64,000 nt of DNA from Macrostomum lignano (GCA_002269645.1 NIVC01000083.1:310001-374000), one strand, 5' to 3'; positions 44,658 to 58,036 are shown, numbered from the stretch's first letter. Numbers and translations are program-made. Notes: generated from the letters alone by a model not told the origin.

Positions 44658-46090
44658 ATCAGTTGCTGGGCCAGCCTCCCAGAGTGTCAGTTGCTGGGCC
44701 AGCCTCCCAGAGTGTCAGTTGCTGGGCCAGCCTCCCAGAGTTTCAGTTGCTGGGCCAGCCTCCCAGAGTGTCAGTTGCTGGGCCAAAACCTCCCAGAGTG
44801 TGATTTGCTGGGCCAGCCTCCCAGATCCCCAGTTGCTGGGCCAGCCTCCCAGATCCCCAGTTGCTGGGCCAGCCTCCCAAATCCTTAGTTGCTGGGCCAG
44901 CCTCCCAGATCCCCAGTTGCTGTGCCAACATCCCAGTGTCAGTTGCTGGGCCAGCCTCCCAGAGTGTCAGTTGCTGGGCCAGCCTCCCAGAGTGTCAGTT
45001 GCTGGGCCAAAACCTCCCAGAGTGTGATTTGCTGGGCCAGCCTCTCAGATCCTCAGTTGCTGGGCAAGCCTCCCAGAGTGTGATTTGCTGGGCTAGCCCC
45101 CCAGATCCCCAGTTGCTGGGCCAGCCTCCCAAATCCTTAGTTGCTGGGCCAGCCTCCCAGATCCCCAGTTGCTGTGCCAACATCCCAGAGTGTCAGTTGC
45201 TGGGCCAGCCTCCCAGAGTGTCAGTTGCTGGGCCAAAACCTCCCAGAGTGTGATTTGCTGGGCCAGCCTCCCAGATCCTCAGTTGCTGGGCAAGCCTCCC
45301 AGAGTGTGATTTGCTGGGCTAGCCCCCCAGATCCCCAGTTGCTGGGCCAGCCTCCCAGATCACCAGTTGCTGGGCCAGCCTCCCAAATCCTTAGTTGCTG
45401 GGCCAGCCTCCCAGATCCCCAGTTGCTGTGCCAACATCCCAGTTTCAGTTGCTGGGCCAGCCTCCCAGAGTGTCAGTTGCTGGGCCAGCCTCCCAGAGTG
45501 TCAGTTGCTGGGCCAAAACCTCCCAGAGTGTGATTTGCTGGGCCAGCCTCCCAGATCCTCAGTTGCTGGGCAAGCCTCCCAGAGTGTGATTTGCTGGGCT
45601 AGCCCCCCAGATCCCCAGTTGCTGGGCCAGCCTCCCAAATCCTTAGTTGCTGGGCCAGCCTCCCAGATCCCCAGTTGCTGTGCCAACATCCCAGAGTGTC
45701 AGTTGCTGGGCCAGCCTCCCAAATCCTTAGTTGCTGGGCCAGCCTCCCAGATCCCCAGTTGCTGGGCCAGCCTCCCAAATCCCCAGTTGCTGGGCCAGCC
45801 TCCCAAATCCTTAGTTGCTGGGCCAGCCTCCCAGATCCCCAGTTGCTGTGCCAACATCCCAGTGTCAGTTGCTGGGCCAGCCTTCCAGAGTGTCAGTTGC
45901 TGGGCCAGCCTCCCAGAGTGTCAGTTCCTGGGCCAAAACCTCCCAGAGTGTGATTTGCTGGGCCAGCCTCCCAGATCCTCAGTTGCTGGGCAAGCCTCCC
46001 AGAGTGTGATTTGCTGGGCTAGCCCCCCAGATCCCCAGTTGCTGGGCCAGCCTCCCAAATCCTTAGTTGCTGGGCCAGCCTCCCAGATCC
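44658..46090. repeat. 28-bp tandem repeat (CAGTTGCTGGGCCAGCCTCCCAGAGTGT) with recurring variant blocks
   Basis: Units at 44660, 44688 and onward. Variants AGATCCC, AAATCCTT, GCCAAAACC and TGTGCCAACAT recur in ordered groups. Confidence 0.94.
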
Positions 46091-46798
46091 CCGAGTAGTC
46101 TATGTACTTTCTGTGCAGATGTTTCTTGTTTTACTTCTCTTTTGTCCTATGCTTCAACTAATCAGAAGATATTTAGGAAGGCAGTGACACTCTTCATCTG
46201 ATATTTATTTTTAAACCCCGAGTAATCTTTTGTATTTCCATCTGTAGGCAGGTGTGTCTACATGTTTTTATGGTTAAAGTTATTTATAAAGAGAGGTTTC
46301 CATTTTAATGTTATTACATGTAGCAGGCATGATTTTCCTGTTTGCTAGTTGTTTGTATTCTAGCTAAGTGGGATTGCTTACCTATCCTCTCGTCTGCCCT
46401 TGCAATCTTGTGCTGTTCTCCACTGTGCTCTTCATTTTGCAGTCTATAAATAAACAAATTATCTCTCCTGCTAGCCCTACCATAAATCTATATCGAATAT
46501 TTTTGCGATTTTCAACTTCTCACTGTTAGTCAATACAATTAAAAATTTTAAACCAATAAAAATTGTTTCATTTGTTAATCGCTTTAAACTATGATTTAAA
46601 GCCAGTGTCGCTTTAGTATTACATTTTTTATTTTGTAATAAATTTTCTGAAATTTGTTTTTGATTGTCTGATTTAAACTTTTGATTGCCCAGACCTTTTC
46701 TGCCTTTTGTGTTCTTTTTCGAGTTTATAGTAATTGAATAGGAAACGTGCCATGAGAATAGTTACTCATGGCACGTCTGTTTTATTAAGCTGTCCGGT

Positions 46799-49470
46799 CC
46801 CGATTCCAGAAATTCCAATCCCAATTCCAAGAATCCCGATTCTAGGAATCCCAATCCCGATCCCGATTCTAAGAATCCCAATCCCGACTCTAAGAATCCC
46901 AATCCCGACTCTAAGAATCCCAATCCCGACTCTAAGGATCCAAATGCCGACTCTAAGAATCCCAATCCCGATTCTAAGGATCCCAATCCCGATTCTAAGA
47001 ATCCCAATCCCGATTCTAAGAATCCCAATCCCGACTCTAAGAATCCCAATCCCGACTCTAAGGATCCAAATGCCGACTCTAAGAATCCCAATCCCGATTC
47101 TAAGGATCCCAATCCCGATTCTAAGAATCCCAATCCCGATTCTAAGAATCCCAATCCCGATTCTAAGAATCCCAATCCCGACTCTAAGAATCCCAATCCC
47201 GACTCTAAGAATCCCAATCCCGATTCTAAGGATCCAAATGCCGATTCTAAGGATCCCAATCCCGATTCTAAGGATCCCAATCCCGATTCTAAGGATCCCA
47301 ATCCCGATTCTAAGGATCCCAATCCCGATTCTAAGGATCCCAATCCCGACTCTAAGAATCCTAATCCCGATTCTAAGGATCCAAATGCCGACTCTAAGAA
47401 TCCCAATCCCGATTCTAAGGATCCCAATCCCGATTCTAAGAATCCCAATCCCGATTCTAAGGATCCCAATCCCGATTCTAAGGATCCCAATCCCGATTCT
47501 AAGGATCCCAATCCCGACTCTAAGGATCCCAATCCCGATTCTAAGGATCCCAATCCCGATTCTAAGGATCCCAATCCCGATTCTAAGGATCCCAATCCCG
47601 ATTCTAAGGATCCCAATTCCGATTCTAAGGATCCCAATCCCGATTCTAAGGATCCCAATCCCGATTCTAAGAATCCCAATCCCGATTCTAAGAATCCCAA
47701 TCCCGATTCTAAGAATCCCAATCCCGATTCTAAGAATCCCAATCCCGACTCTAAGAATCCCAATCCCGACTCTAAGAATCCCAATCCCGATTCTAAGGAT
47801 CCCAATCCCGACTCTAAGAATCCCAATCCCGACTCTAAGAATCCCAATCCCGATTCTAAGGATCCAAATGCCGATTCTAAGGATCCCAATCCCGATTCTA
47901 AGGATCCCAATCCCGATTCTAAGGATCCCAATCCCGATTCTAAGGATCCCAATCCCGATTCTAAGGATCCCAATCCCGATTCTAAGGATCCCAATCCCGA
48001 TTCTAAGGATCCCAATCCCGATTCTAAGGATCCCAATCCCGATTCTAAGGATCCCAATCCCGATTCTAAGGATCCCAATCCCGATTCTAAGGATCCCAAT
48101 CCCGATTCTAAGGATCCCAATCCCGATTCTAAGGATCCCAATCCCGATTCTAAGGATCCCAATCCCGATTCTAAGGATCCCAATCCCGATTCTAAGGATC
48201 CCAATCCCGATTCTAAGGATCCCAATCCCGATTCTAAGGATCCCAATCCCGATTCTAAGGATCCCAATCCCGATTCTAAGGATCCCAATCCCGATTCTAA
48301 GAATCCCAATCCCGATTCTAAGAATCCCAATCCCGATTCTAAGAATCCCAATCCCGATTCTAAGAATCCCAATCCCGACTCTAAGAATCCCAATCCCGAC
48401 TCTAAGAATCCCAATCCCGATTCTAAGGATCCAAATGCCGATTCTAAGGATCCCAATCCCGACTCTAAGAATCCCAATCCCGATTCTAAGGATCCCAATC
48501 CCGATTCTAAGGATCCCAATCCCGATTCTAAGGATCCCAATCCCGATTCTAAGGATCCCAATCCCGATTCTAAGGATCCCAATCCCGATTCTAAGGATCC
48601 CAATCCCGATTCTAAGGATCCCAATCCCGATTCTAAGGATCCCAATCCCGATTCTAAGGATCCCAATCCCGATTCTAAGGATCCCAATCCCGATTCTAAG
48701 GATCCCAATCCCGATTCTAAGAATCCCAATCCCGATTCTAAGAATCCCAATCCCGATTCTAAGAATCCCAATCCCGATTCTAAGAATCCCAATCCCGACT
48801 CTAAGAATCCCAATCCCGACTCTAAGAATCCCAATCCCGATTCTAAGGATCCAAATGCCGATTCTAAGGATCCCAATCCCGATTCTAAGGATCCCAATCC
48901 CGATTCTAAGGATCCCAATCCCGATTCTAAGGATCCCAATCCCGATTCTAAGGATCCCAATCCCGATTCTAAGGATCCCAATCCCGATTCTAAGGATCCC
49001 AATCCCGATTCTAAGGATCCCAATCCCGATTCTAAGGATCCCAATCCCGATTCTAAGGATCCCAATCCCGATTCTAAGGATCCCAATCCCGATTCTAAGG
49101 ATCTCAATCCCGATTCTAAGGATCCCAATCCCGATTCTAAGGATCCCAATCCCGATTCTAAGGATCCCAATCCCGATTCTAAGGATCCCAATCCCGATTC
49201 TAAGGATCCCAATCCCGATTCTAAGGATCCCAATCCCGATTCTAAGGATCCCAATCCCGATTCTAAGGATCCCAATCCCGATTCTAAGGATCCCAATCCT
49301 GATTCTAAGGATCCCAATCCCGATTCTAAGGATCCCAATCCCGATTCTAAGGATCCCAATCCTGATTCTAAGGATCCCAATCCCGATTCTAAGAATCCCA
49401 ATCCCGATTCTAAGAATCCCAATCCCGATTCTAAGGATCCCAATCCCGATTCTAAGAATCCTAATCCCCA
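46799..49470. repeat. 21-bp tandem repeat (GATTCTAAGGATCCCAATCCC), ~2.7 kb
   Basis: Very homogeneous array; explains the 900-950 aa ORFs on both strands. Confidence 0.98.
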
Positions 49471-50169
49471 ATCAGGATATCCATATTCGCAAATCGCAAA
49501 CAAAATTCGCAGAAGCCTCATTTGATTTTTTAGTAAATCACCATAAATTAAAGTACTTTCAACTTATGTTCAACACTGATTCACCTGCAGTTTTCTAATT
49601 AACGTAGTAATTATTGTACACATATTCTGTCCATAATGCCCTGTTTTATAGTAACCTAAACCAGCAAATTTTTATCACTAAAAGTTATATTATACAGTCG
49701 ATACTAATATTGTACTTTTAAACTTTCTATAAAAACTTCATAGTCAGAATTTCAACATCGAGTAATCCTTGAAGGAGCGGGTGGTACTCATATTGGTGCT
49801 AGGGATATAGCATCAATAATGTTGATGAAATCTTTTGTTAACTTTGATATTCTTTATGTTTGATATTTAAATAAAAATCTTTTTCAAATTCAGAGTCTGG
49901 TATTAAACTAATTATATTTCAGATACAATTCAAAGAATCTTCTAATTTTGCTAATTATTCAAGCAAGTCTAAATAATGTGCTGTTATCGGCATTAGCTAG
50001 TAAATAGCAAATTTCATGTAAATTTATTATTAAGGAGTAATTTTGTTAATTGCTATTATATTTTCATAATGCTGATTGATTCTTTTATTATGTTTTTAAA
50101 TTTAGTAAAGAACATTTTGTTTAGTTTTTTCAACTGAAATAGAAATAGTTCTGATAATTCCCAATTCTG

Positions 50170-50900
50170 GAGTCCTAAATCCTTAGTCTTAAATCCCAGT
50201 CCCAAATCCCATTGTTTTGAATCCAATAGTCCCAAAATCTCACAATTTTAAATCCCATGCCGGTAGTCCTAAATCCCAAGTCCCAAATTCCCTATAGTCC
50301 CAAATCCCATCTTCCCACATCTCACAGTCTCAAATCTCATAGTCCCGAATCCCATAGTCCCGAATCCAATACTCGTAGTCACAAATCCAATAATCACAAA
50401 TCCCACAGTTCCAAATCTCAAGTCTGAAATCCAATAGTTTCAACTCCAATAGTCACAAAGCCCACAGTCACAAATCCCATAGTCCCAAATCCAATAGGCA
50501 CAAGTCCCATAGTCCCAAATCCCATAGTCCCAAATCCCATAGTCCCAAATCCCATAGTCCCGAATCCTATGTCACAAATCCCATAGTCCCTAATCCAATA
50601 GTCACAAATCCCATAGTCCCAAATCCCATGTCACAAATCCCATAGTCCCAAATCCAATAGTCACAAATCCCATAGTCTCAAATCCCATAGTCCCAAATCC
50701 AATAGTCACAAATCCCATAGTCTCAAATCCCATAGTCCCAAATCCAATAGTCACAAATCCCATAGTCCCAAATCCCATAGTCCCAAATCCCATAGTCCCA
50801 AATCCCAAGTCAAATCCCATAGTCCCAAATCCCATAGTCCCAAATCCCATAGTCCCAAATCCCATAGTCCCAAATCCCATAGTCCCAAATCCAATAACCC
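50170..50900. repeat. 15-bp tandem repeat (AGTCCCAAATCCCAT), degenerate at its 5' end
   Basis: Homogeneity increases toward 50900. Confidence 0.9.
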
Positions 50901-50982
50901 CAAATAATTACAAGCCTAATCCCAATCCCAAATCGCGGATCTCAATCGCATTCCAGCAGCTCAGCTCAAGCAGAGATTCGCT

Positions 50983-51648
50983 ATGAACGGTGGTCCGCCG
51001 AATTTTGAGTCGCTTTTCCAACAAATGGACGAGATGATGCGCCAGCTGGATTCGTTCCTGCTTGGACCGGGCATGGACGACGCCAGGCACGACAACGGCT
51101 GGCAGTGGCCTCTGTTTCCTCGCTCGGAGCAGCCGCCTCTGAACAATCCCAACGAATCGTCGGGCTCTTCAACCAATCCTCGAGATCGCCTGTTGAAGTC
51201 GACACCGGAGCCGAAATCGACGCTGCCGCCGGTTCCGTTGCCAGCTGATCGAAGAGACGTCGACTTGGACAGCGAGCCTCGCTGGCGCCTGGGGGACGAG
51301 CCGTTCAGAGAGGATGCCGACGAGCCAGTGCTGCCGTCAAGAGACTTCAACAGCGGCGGCGGCGGCGGCTGGTTCAGCGGCCGGATGGAGCACTCTGTTC
51401 GAGAATCGGACGGCACAGTTCGTCGAACTGTCACCACGGTCGGTCCAGACGGACGGCGGAGTAGCGTCACCACGGTTGAAACTCCCGACGGTCGGGTGAC
51501 GACTTCGACTACTGACGGGGAGCGCGATGGCGACCCCAGATCAGCTTTGACGCGTAGAGACCATCAGTGGCTGTTGGACCAGCAGCAGGAAAGCGACAGG
51601 CCGTCTATGAAGGGCCTTGGCTCTTGGTTCCGGTCCTGGTTTGGTTGA
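50983..51648 (+). CDS. HAX1: HAX1-like protein (HCLS1-associated protein X-1 family)
   Basis: 221-aa ORF: FESLFQQMDEMM, NPRDRLLK, DVDLDS, DGTVRRTVTTVGPDGRRSSVTT and C-terminal LGSWFRSWFG. These parallel the recalled HAX1 motifs LRDSMLK, DNDLDSQ, PDG.VEERRTV.DSEG..TTVT and LGRWFRS. An extra 5' exon cannot be excluded. Confidence 0.68.
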   Translation: MNGGPPNFESLFQQMDEMMRQLDSFLLGPGMDDARHDNGWQWPLFPRSEQPPLNNPNESSGSSTNPRDRLLKSTPEPKSTLPPVPLPADRRDVDLDSEPRWRLGDEPFREDADEPVLPSRDFNSGGGGGWFSGRMEHSVRESDGTVRRTVTTVGPDGRRSSVTTVETPDGRVTTSTTDGERDGDPRSALTRRDHQWLLDQQQESDRPSMKGLGSWFRSWFG

Positions 51649-51879
51649 AACTTGAGAACTGCATTGAATAAATCTGTTAGATTAGATTGGAGGCCCAAGT
51701 TCAGAATGAACCCTGTCATTTTTCATAGAATCATTTCTGTAACTAACGCCACCTTCCAGGTATCCAGCTCTGTGAAATGGGTTCTGAATGACTTCAAAAG
51801 TCTCCGGGATTACCTTCCAGGATGTCCCTTCAATAGTCACATGAATTGGCTTTCAAGACCCATTAAAGTCGTCTGTAAA

Positions 51880-52748
51880 CACCCTCAACGATCGCCCTTA
51901 AACACCCTCAACAATCGCCCTGAAACACCCCTCAACAATCGCCCTTAAACACCCTCAACAATCGACCTTAAACACCCTCAACGATCGCCCTGAAACACCC
52001 TCAACAATCGCCCTTAAACACCCTCAACAATCGCTGCTTAAACACCCCTCAACAATCGCTGCTTAAACACCCCTCAACAATTGCCCTGAAACACCCTCAA
52101 CGATCGCCCTTAAAAACCCTCAACAATCGCCCTTAAACACCCTCAACAATCGCCCTGAAACACCCTCAACCATCGCCCTTAAACACCCTCAACAATCGCC
52201 CTGAAACACCCTCAACAATCGCCATGAAACACCCTCAACAATCGCCCTGAAACACCCTCAACAATCGCTGCTTAAACACCCCTCAACAATCGCTGCTTAA
52301 ACACCCTCAACAATCGCTGCTTAAACACCCCTCAACAATCGCCCTGAAACACTCCTCAACAATCGCCCTTAAACACCCCTCAACAATCGCCCTGAAACAC
52401 CCCTCAACAATCGCCCTGAAACACCCCTCAACAATCGCCCTGAAACACCCTCAACAATCGCCCTGAAACACCCTCAACAATCGCCCTGAAACACCCTCAA
52501 CAATCGCCCTGAAACACCCTCAACAATCGCCCTGAAACACCCTCAACAATCGCCCTGAAACACCCTCAACAATCGCCCTTAAACACCCCTCAACAATCGC
52601 CCTGAAACACCCCTCAACAATCGCCCTGAAACACCCTCAACAATCGCCCTGAAACACCCTCAACAATCGCCCTGAAACACCCTCAACAATCGCCCTGAAA
52701 CACCCTCAACAATCGCCCTGAAACACCCTCAACAATCGCCCTGAAACA
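51880..52748. repeat. 23-bp tandem repeat (AAACACCCTCAACAATCGCCCTG)
   Basis: Units of 23-25 bp, directly visible. Confidence 0.94.
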
Positions 52749-53440
52749 TAAATTTATTAATCAAAGCTTAAAACTAAACTTTTGTTAAACGCAAGATTTA
52801 CAATTTCATTTAATTTTTATCCGGACTGAGTTATTAGCTCAATTAATTTTGAGTTACTCATATCATTATGTGTCATGCCATCCTAATTTCCCGTGTATGA
52901 AAGTATTTTGCATTTTATTGTTATCATCATCACTGCTCATGTATGCATGCCAATGTCGTATTTATCATATGACAATGCCTAACTTTGCTGTGTTGCTGTT
53001 AAAAGTCAGTTATAACCTCTGTGGGCCGTCATTTTCATATTTTAGAATTGCAGTCAAGGTCGAGTGCTATAAATAGAATCGCCTCTAAGTTCTGTTTACA
53101 TTCTGCTGGATCACTTGCGAACGTATTGCCTTATTAAGAGATTAATTTACAATCTAATGCTAATTTAGATTAAATCAATATAAAATGATACTTAGTAGTG
53201 TATTTCAACCTTCCTTTTCTATTCATCAAGCTGTACATTTGTACTTGCGGTCAGCTACACTTTAACAGCCTTTTAGAGTCGAGCTGTCTATTTGCTGTCT
53301 CTATGATGCTGTCTATTTAAGCTACTTAATTCATGTATCATCGGTAGTATTGTATAGAATGTGACAGTCTAAATCTAGCTATTTACATTTATATGAAAAA
53401 AGAATGAAAGTGAAACTAGAAAATAGAAGGCAAAATAGAG

Positions 53441-53770
53441 GCGATGATGCAACTAAATGTACATCACAGGGCAGATAAGACTATGGCGCAACTAAATGTA
53501 CATCACAGGGCTGATAATACTATGACGCAACTAAATGTACATCACAGGGCAGATAAGGCGATGGAGCAACTACATGTACATCACATGGCTGATAAGACTA
53601 TGACGCAACTAAATGTACATGACTGGGCTGATAATGCTATGACGCAACTAAATGTACATCACAGGGCTGATAATACTATGACGCAACTAAATGTACATCA
53701 CAGGGCAGATAAGGCTATGACGCAACTATATATGCACGTCACAAGGCAGATAAGGCGATGGAGCAACGAC
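53441..53770. repeat. 39-bp tandem repeat (ATGACGCAACTAAATGTACATCACAGGGCTGATAAGACT)
   Basis: 13-codon periodicity of ORF 53444..53791. Confidence 0.9.
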
Positions 53771-54353
53771 ATGTACATCTCTCAAAGCTAAATCGCATGA
53801 TAAAATGAAAGCAACCAGAAAGAACACAAAGCTATAACTATTTCTAAGAAACCTGATTAAAAATCTTGTACGAACGAATGTAATACCCGATAATTAATGA
53901 GAATTTCAGTCTTAACGATCTTCGATCAAGTAAGGCGATACATGAGCCAGTGGCTCTCCTCGTAGTAGTACAGTACCAGCAAGTCAAAGTACAGGTTTTT
54001 ACCCTCCCGACTGTATCCCACGGCTGAAATACAATTGTGAAGGGAAACTTTTCTCTGCAAGCCTGTTGCATTGTTTGCCGGAACTGAAGAAGAAAACAAT
54101 AGCCCTGTGAAGAGCTTTGGGGGGGAGAGAGAAAGAGCGATGGGAAGAGATGATGCTGAGCATTGAGCCTCGGGGATATGCAGCTTAATGCAAACTGTAC
54201 ACAGCTGGCAGGCGGTTTGCAATGACAGATACAGCAAGCCATCCAGTCAGTGTACAGTGTGCAGATCGACCCAGCCACAGTAGTGCCAATTACAGTAAAA
54301 AACGATCCCCAGAATTTCTGCTCCTACTGCCGCTGCTGAAAGCTGCCTGGACC

Positions 54354-55777
54354 ATGAACAGCAGTAGCAGGGCAGACGATCTGGAGATCTCTGAGAAACT
54401 GCGCCAATGCGCGCAGGAAACAACGCGCAGGTTCGCCCGGCTGCACGAGCAACAAATGGCGCGCCTGGTAGCCGAGAGCGAGCTAGCCGAGCGCCAGCGC
54501 GCAGAGGAGCGCGCCAAATCGGATGAAGCTGTCGCCACGATCTGTCGGAAAGCGCGCCAACGCGAGGCGTCGATTGAGCAGCTCGCCGAGGCTGCCAGGC
54601 GCGGCGCCGAGGCGCTGGCGGGTGCGCGCCAACGATCGGTCAAGCTGGCATCGGCGCTGACGGTGATTAGCGCCGAGCGAGACGGCGCCAGGCGTCAATT
54701 AGCGACGATGACGACGCTGCAGTCGACAGCCGACGGTCGAGACGATCGAACGGACAGCAGTTCGGGAAGATCTGAGAACGACTCGTTGAAGGACACGGAG
54801 GCGGCGCTGGCGGCAGCGTCGGCGAGACGGGAGAAGCTGCAGGTGCGCCTGCTTGAACTTTATGGGAGTTGCATGGCTCCAGGTGCATATACAGTACCAG
54901 AGGCGTCGCCACCGAGGGGGACAAGGGGGGACACAAAGATATAATGGGGGGCATGCCATTCTTTGTCCCTTGATCTCACTCCACCAATTGTGACCCGGTA
55001 TGGAGAACAAAAATTTTTCCTCAGGGCGCTAAAATGAGTGCCTGCGGCGCCAAAATGAGTGCCTGCGGCGCCAAAATGAGTGCCTGCGGCGCCAAAATGA
55101 GTGCCTGCGGTGCCAAAATGAGTGCCTGCGGCGCCAAAATGAGTGCCTGCGGCGCCAAAATGAGTGCCTGCGGCGCCAAAATGAGTGACTGCGGCGCCAA
55201 AATGAGTGCGTGCGGCGCTAAAATGAGTGCCTGCGGCGCTAAAATGAGTGCATGCTACCTGTAAATGGAGCCTGCCAACCTACCAATACTCAGCTAAGGC
55301 TCCCGACCCCAACCGCCGTCTCTCCATCTTAAACAGACTCAGGTGGAGCAGCTCGAGTCGGAGCGAGCAGCCGCCGACGCATTTGACGCCGAGCGACAAG
55401 TCGAGCTGGACAGCCGCCTTGCCGAGCTGGCATCGGCGCGGGAACGCGCGACTCAACTCGAGTCCCGACTGGCGCGCTGCGATGGCGCCGAGCTGAGAGA
55501 GGCGCGCTCGGCTGCCGCGGCGCTCGAGGCTGCCAAGACCGACCTGCTGCTGACTCTGCGCTCGCTGAAATCAGGACGAAGTCGTCCCGACACTCTCGGC
55601 GAAGGAAACGACCCTGACGCCGACGCCGACGGGGATGAATTGTCGGTCAGTTTTCGGGACTTCGTGTCGGCCAGGCGCGAGCTGGCGGCGCTGCGCGAGG
55701 AGAATGACCGTCTGCGCAGTCGGGCGGCGTCAGCAGTTGCGTCAGCCAAGAGTCTGCGGCGGCTGCGGAGGGATTAA
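54354..55777 (+). CDS. Unassigned Ala/Arg/Glu-rich coiled-coil protein, at least two exons
   Basis: Exon ~54354(ATG)-54842 (CTGCAG|gtgcgc) joins in phase 0 to exon 55343-55777 (ctcag|GTG). GC-rich composition matches the other exons; heptad-like composition. Both the start and the true 3' end are uncertain. Confidence 0.68.
55031..55250. repeat. 21-bp tandem repeat (AAAATGAGTGCCTGCGGCGCC), intronic
   Basis: About ten units in intron 54843-55342. Confidence 0.93.
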
Positions 55778-55789
55778 CGACAAGAGGGT

Positions 55790-56380
55790 TGGGATAAATA
55801 TGAGGATTAGGGAATTTTTAGTGAGGGATTATCTGGGGATTGGGAAGCTCTGGTGTGGGATTATCTGGGGATTAGGGAAGTTTTGGTGAGGGATTATCTG
55901 GGGATTAGGGAAGTTTTGGTGAGGGATTATCTGGGGATTAGGGAAGTTTTGGTGTGGGATTATCTGGGGATTAGGGAAGTTTTGGTGTGGGATTATCTGG
56001 GGATTAGGGAAGTTTTGGTGTGGGATTATCTGGGGATTAGGGAAGTTTCGGTGAGGAAATATCTGGGGATTAGGGAAGTTTCGGTGAGGAATTATCTGGG
56101 GATTAGGGAAGTTTCGGTGTGGGATTATCTGGGGATTAGGGAAGTTTCGGTGAGGAATTATCTGGAGATTAGGGAAGTTTTGGTGTGGGATTATCTGGGG
56201 ATTAGGGAAGCTTTGGTGAGGGATTATCTGGGGATTAGGGAAGTTTCGGTGAGGGATTATCTGGGGATTAGGGAAGTTTCGGTGAGGGATTATCTGGGGA
56301 TTAGGGAAGTTTCGGTGAGGGATAATCTGGAGATTAGGAAAGTTTTGGTGAGGGATTATCTGAGGATTAGTGAATTTCTT
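55790..56380. repeat. 33-bp G-rich tandem repeat (GGGATTATCTGGGGATTAGGGAAGTTTTGGTGA)
   Basis: 11-codon periodicity; each unit contains TTAGGG and three G-runs of at least 3. Confidence 0.93.
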
Positions 56381-56789
56381 AGGGATCCAATTAGGATCTG
56401 GAAAGTTCAAGGTATGATTATAGATGAATTAGTAAATTTAAAGCAAGGATTAAATGGTATATTAATAAAGTTTTAAAGGGTGAGGATTATTATAGCTATA
56501 AGAAATGCTTATCTGGGTTATTCGCTGGAGCTTAAAGAGGTTAAAGCGCTGATTACAACTGTAAGCTCTGTCTGGGTCAATCGGGTCATTGAGAAGGATT
56601 TTGAGAATGGAATGATAATATACTCTTATTAAATAGTCTGGTTTCTAACCTGAGCTTAAGCACCTGAGCCTTATACTCGTAGCTTTCAAATAAATGGATA
56701 CACCTCAGGCAGGACTGCTTTACAGAGAAGCAGACAACATCGAATTAGCAAACTGCTGGGACTGCTTCGGGTTTGTTCTTTTTACAGTT

Positions 56790-58036
56790 TGCACTATAGA
56801 ATCTGACAGTTTGCACTATAGAATCTGACACAGTTTGCACTATAGAATCTGACAGTTTGCACTATAGAATCTGACACAGTTTGCACTATAGAATCTGACA
56901 GTTTGCACTATAGAATCTGACACAGCTTGCACTATAGAATCTGACAGTTTGCACTATAGAATCTGACACAGTTTGCACTATAGAATCTGACAGTTTGCAC
57001 TATAGAATCTGACACAGTTTGCACTATAGAATCTGACAGTTTGCACTATAGAATCTGACACAGTTTGCACTATAGAATCTGACACAGTGTGCACTATAGA
57101 ATCTGACACAGTGTGCACTATAGAATCTGACACAGTTTGCACTATAGAATCTGACACAGTTTGCACTATAGAATCTGACACAGCTTGCACTATAGAATCT
57201 GACACAGTTTGCACTATAGAATCTGACACAGTTTGCACTATAGAATCTGACACAGCTTGCACTATAGAATCTGACACAGTTTGCACTATAGAATCTGACA
57301 CAGCTTGCACTATAGAATCTGACACAATTTGCACTATAGAATCTGACACAGTTTGCACTATAGAATCTGACACAGTTTGCACTATAGAATCTGACACAAT
57401 TTGCACTATAGAATCTGACACAGTTTGCACTATAGAATCTGACACAGTTTGCACTATAGAATCTGACACAATTTGCACTATAGAATCTGACACAGTTTGC
57501 ACTATAGAATCTGACACAATTTGCACTATAGAATCTGACACAGTTTGCACTATAGAATCTGACACAGTTTGCACTATAGAATCTGACACAGTTTGCACTA
57601 TAGAATCTGACACAGTTTGCACTTTAGAATCTGACACAGTTTGCACTATAGAATCTGACACAGTTTGCACTTTAGAATCTGACACAGTTTGCACTATAGA
57701 ATCTGACACAGTTTGCACTATAGAATCTGACACAGTTTGCACTATAGAATCTGACACAGTTTGCACTATAGAATCTGACACAGTTTGCACTATAGAATCT
57801 GACACAGTTTGCACTATAGAATCTGACACAGTTTGCACTATAGAATCTGACACAGTTTGCACTTTAGAATCTGACACAGTTTGCACTATAGAATCTGACA
57901 CAGTTTGCACTATAGAATCTGACACAGTGTGCACTATAGAATCTGACACAGTTTGCACTATAGAATCTGACACAGTTTGCACTATAGAATCTGACACAGT
58001 TTGCACTATAGAATCTGACACAGTTTGCACTATAGA
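56790..58036. repeat. 24-bp tandem repeat (TTTGCACTATAGAATCTGACACAG)
   Basis: 8-codon periodicity; 22-bp variants alternate at the 5' end. Confidence 0.97.

Noticed and set aside
46734-49598. 900-950 aa ORFs on both strands (IPIPILR, LESGLGS, IGIGILR)
   Set aside because: Pure 21-bp array, open in multiple frames on both strands; no evidence of coding function.
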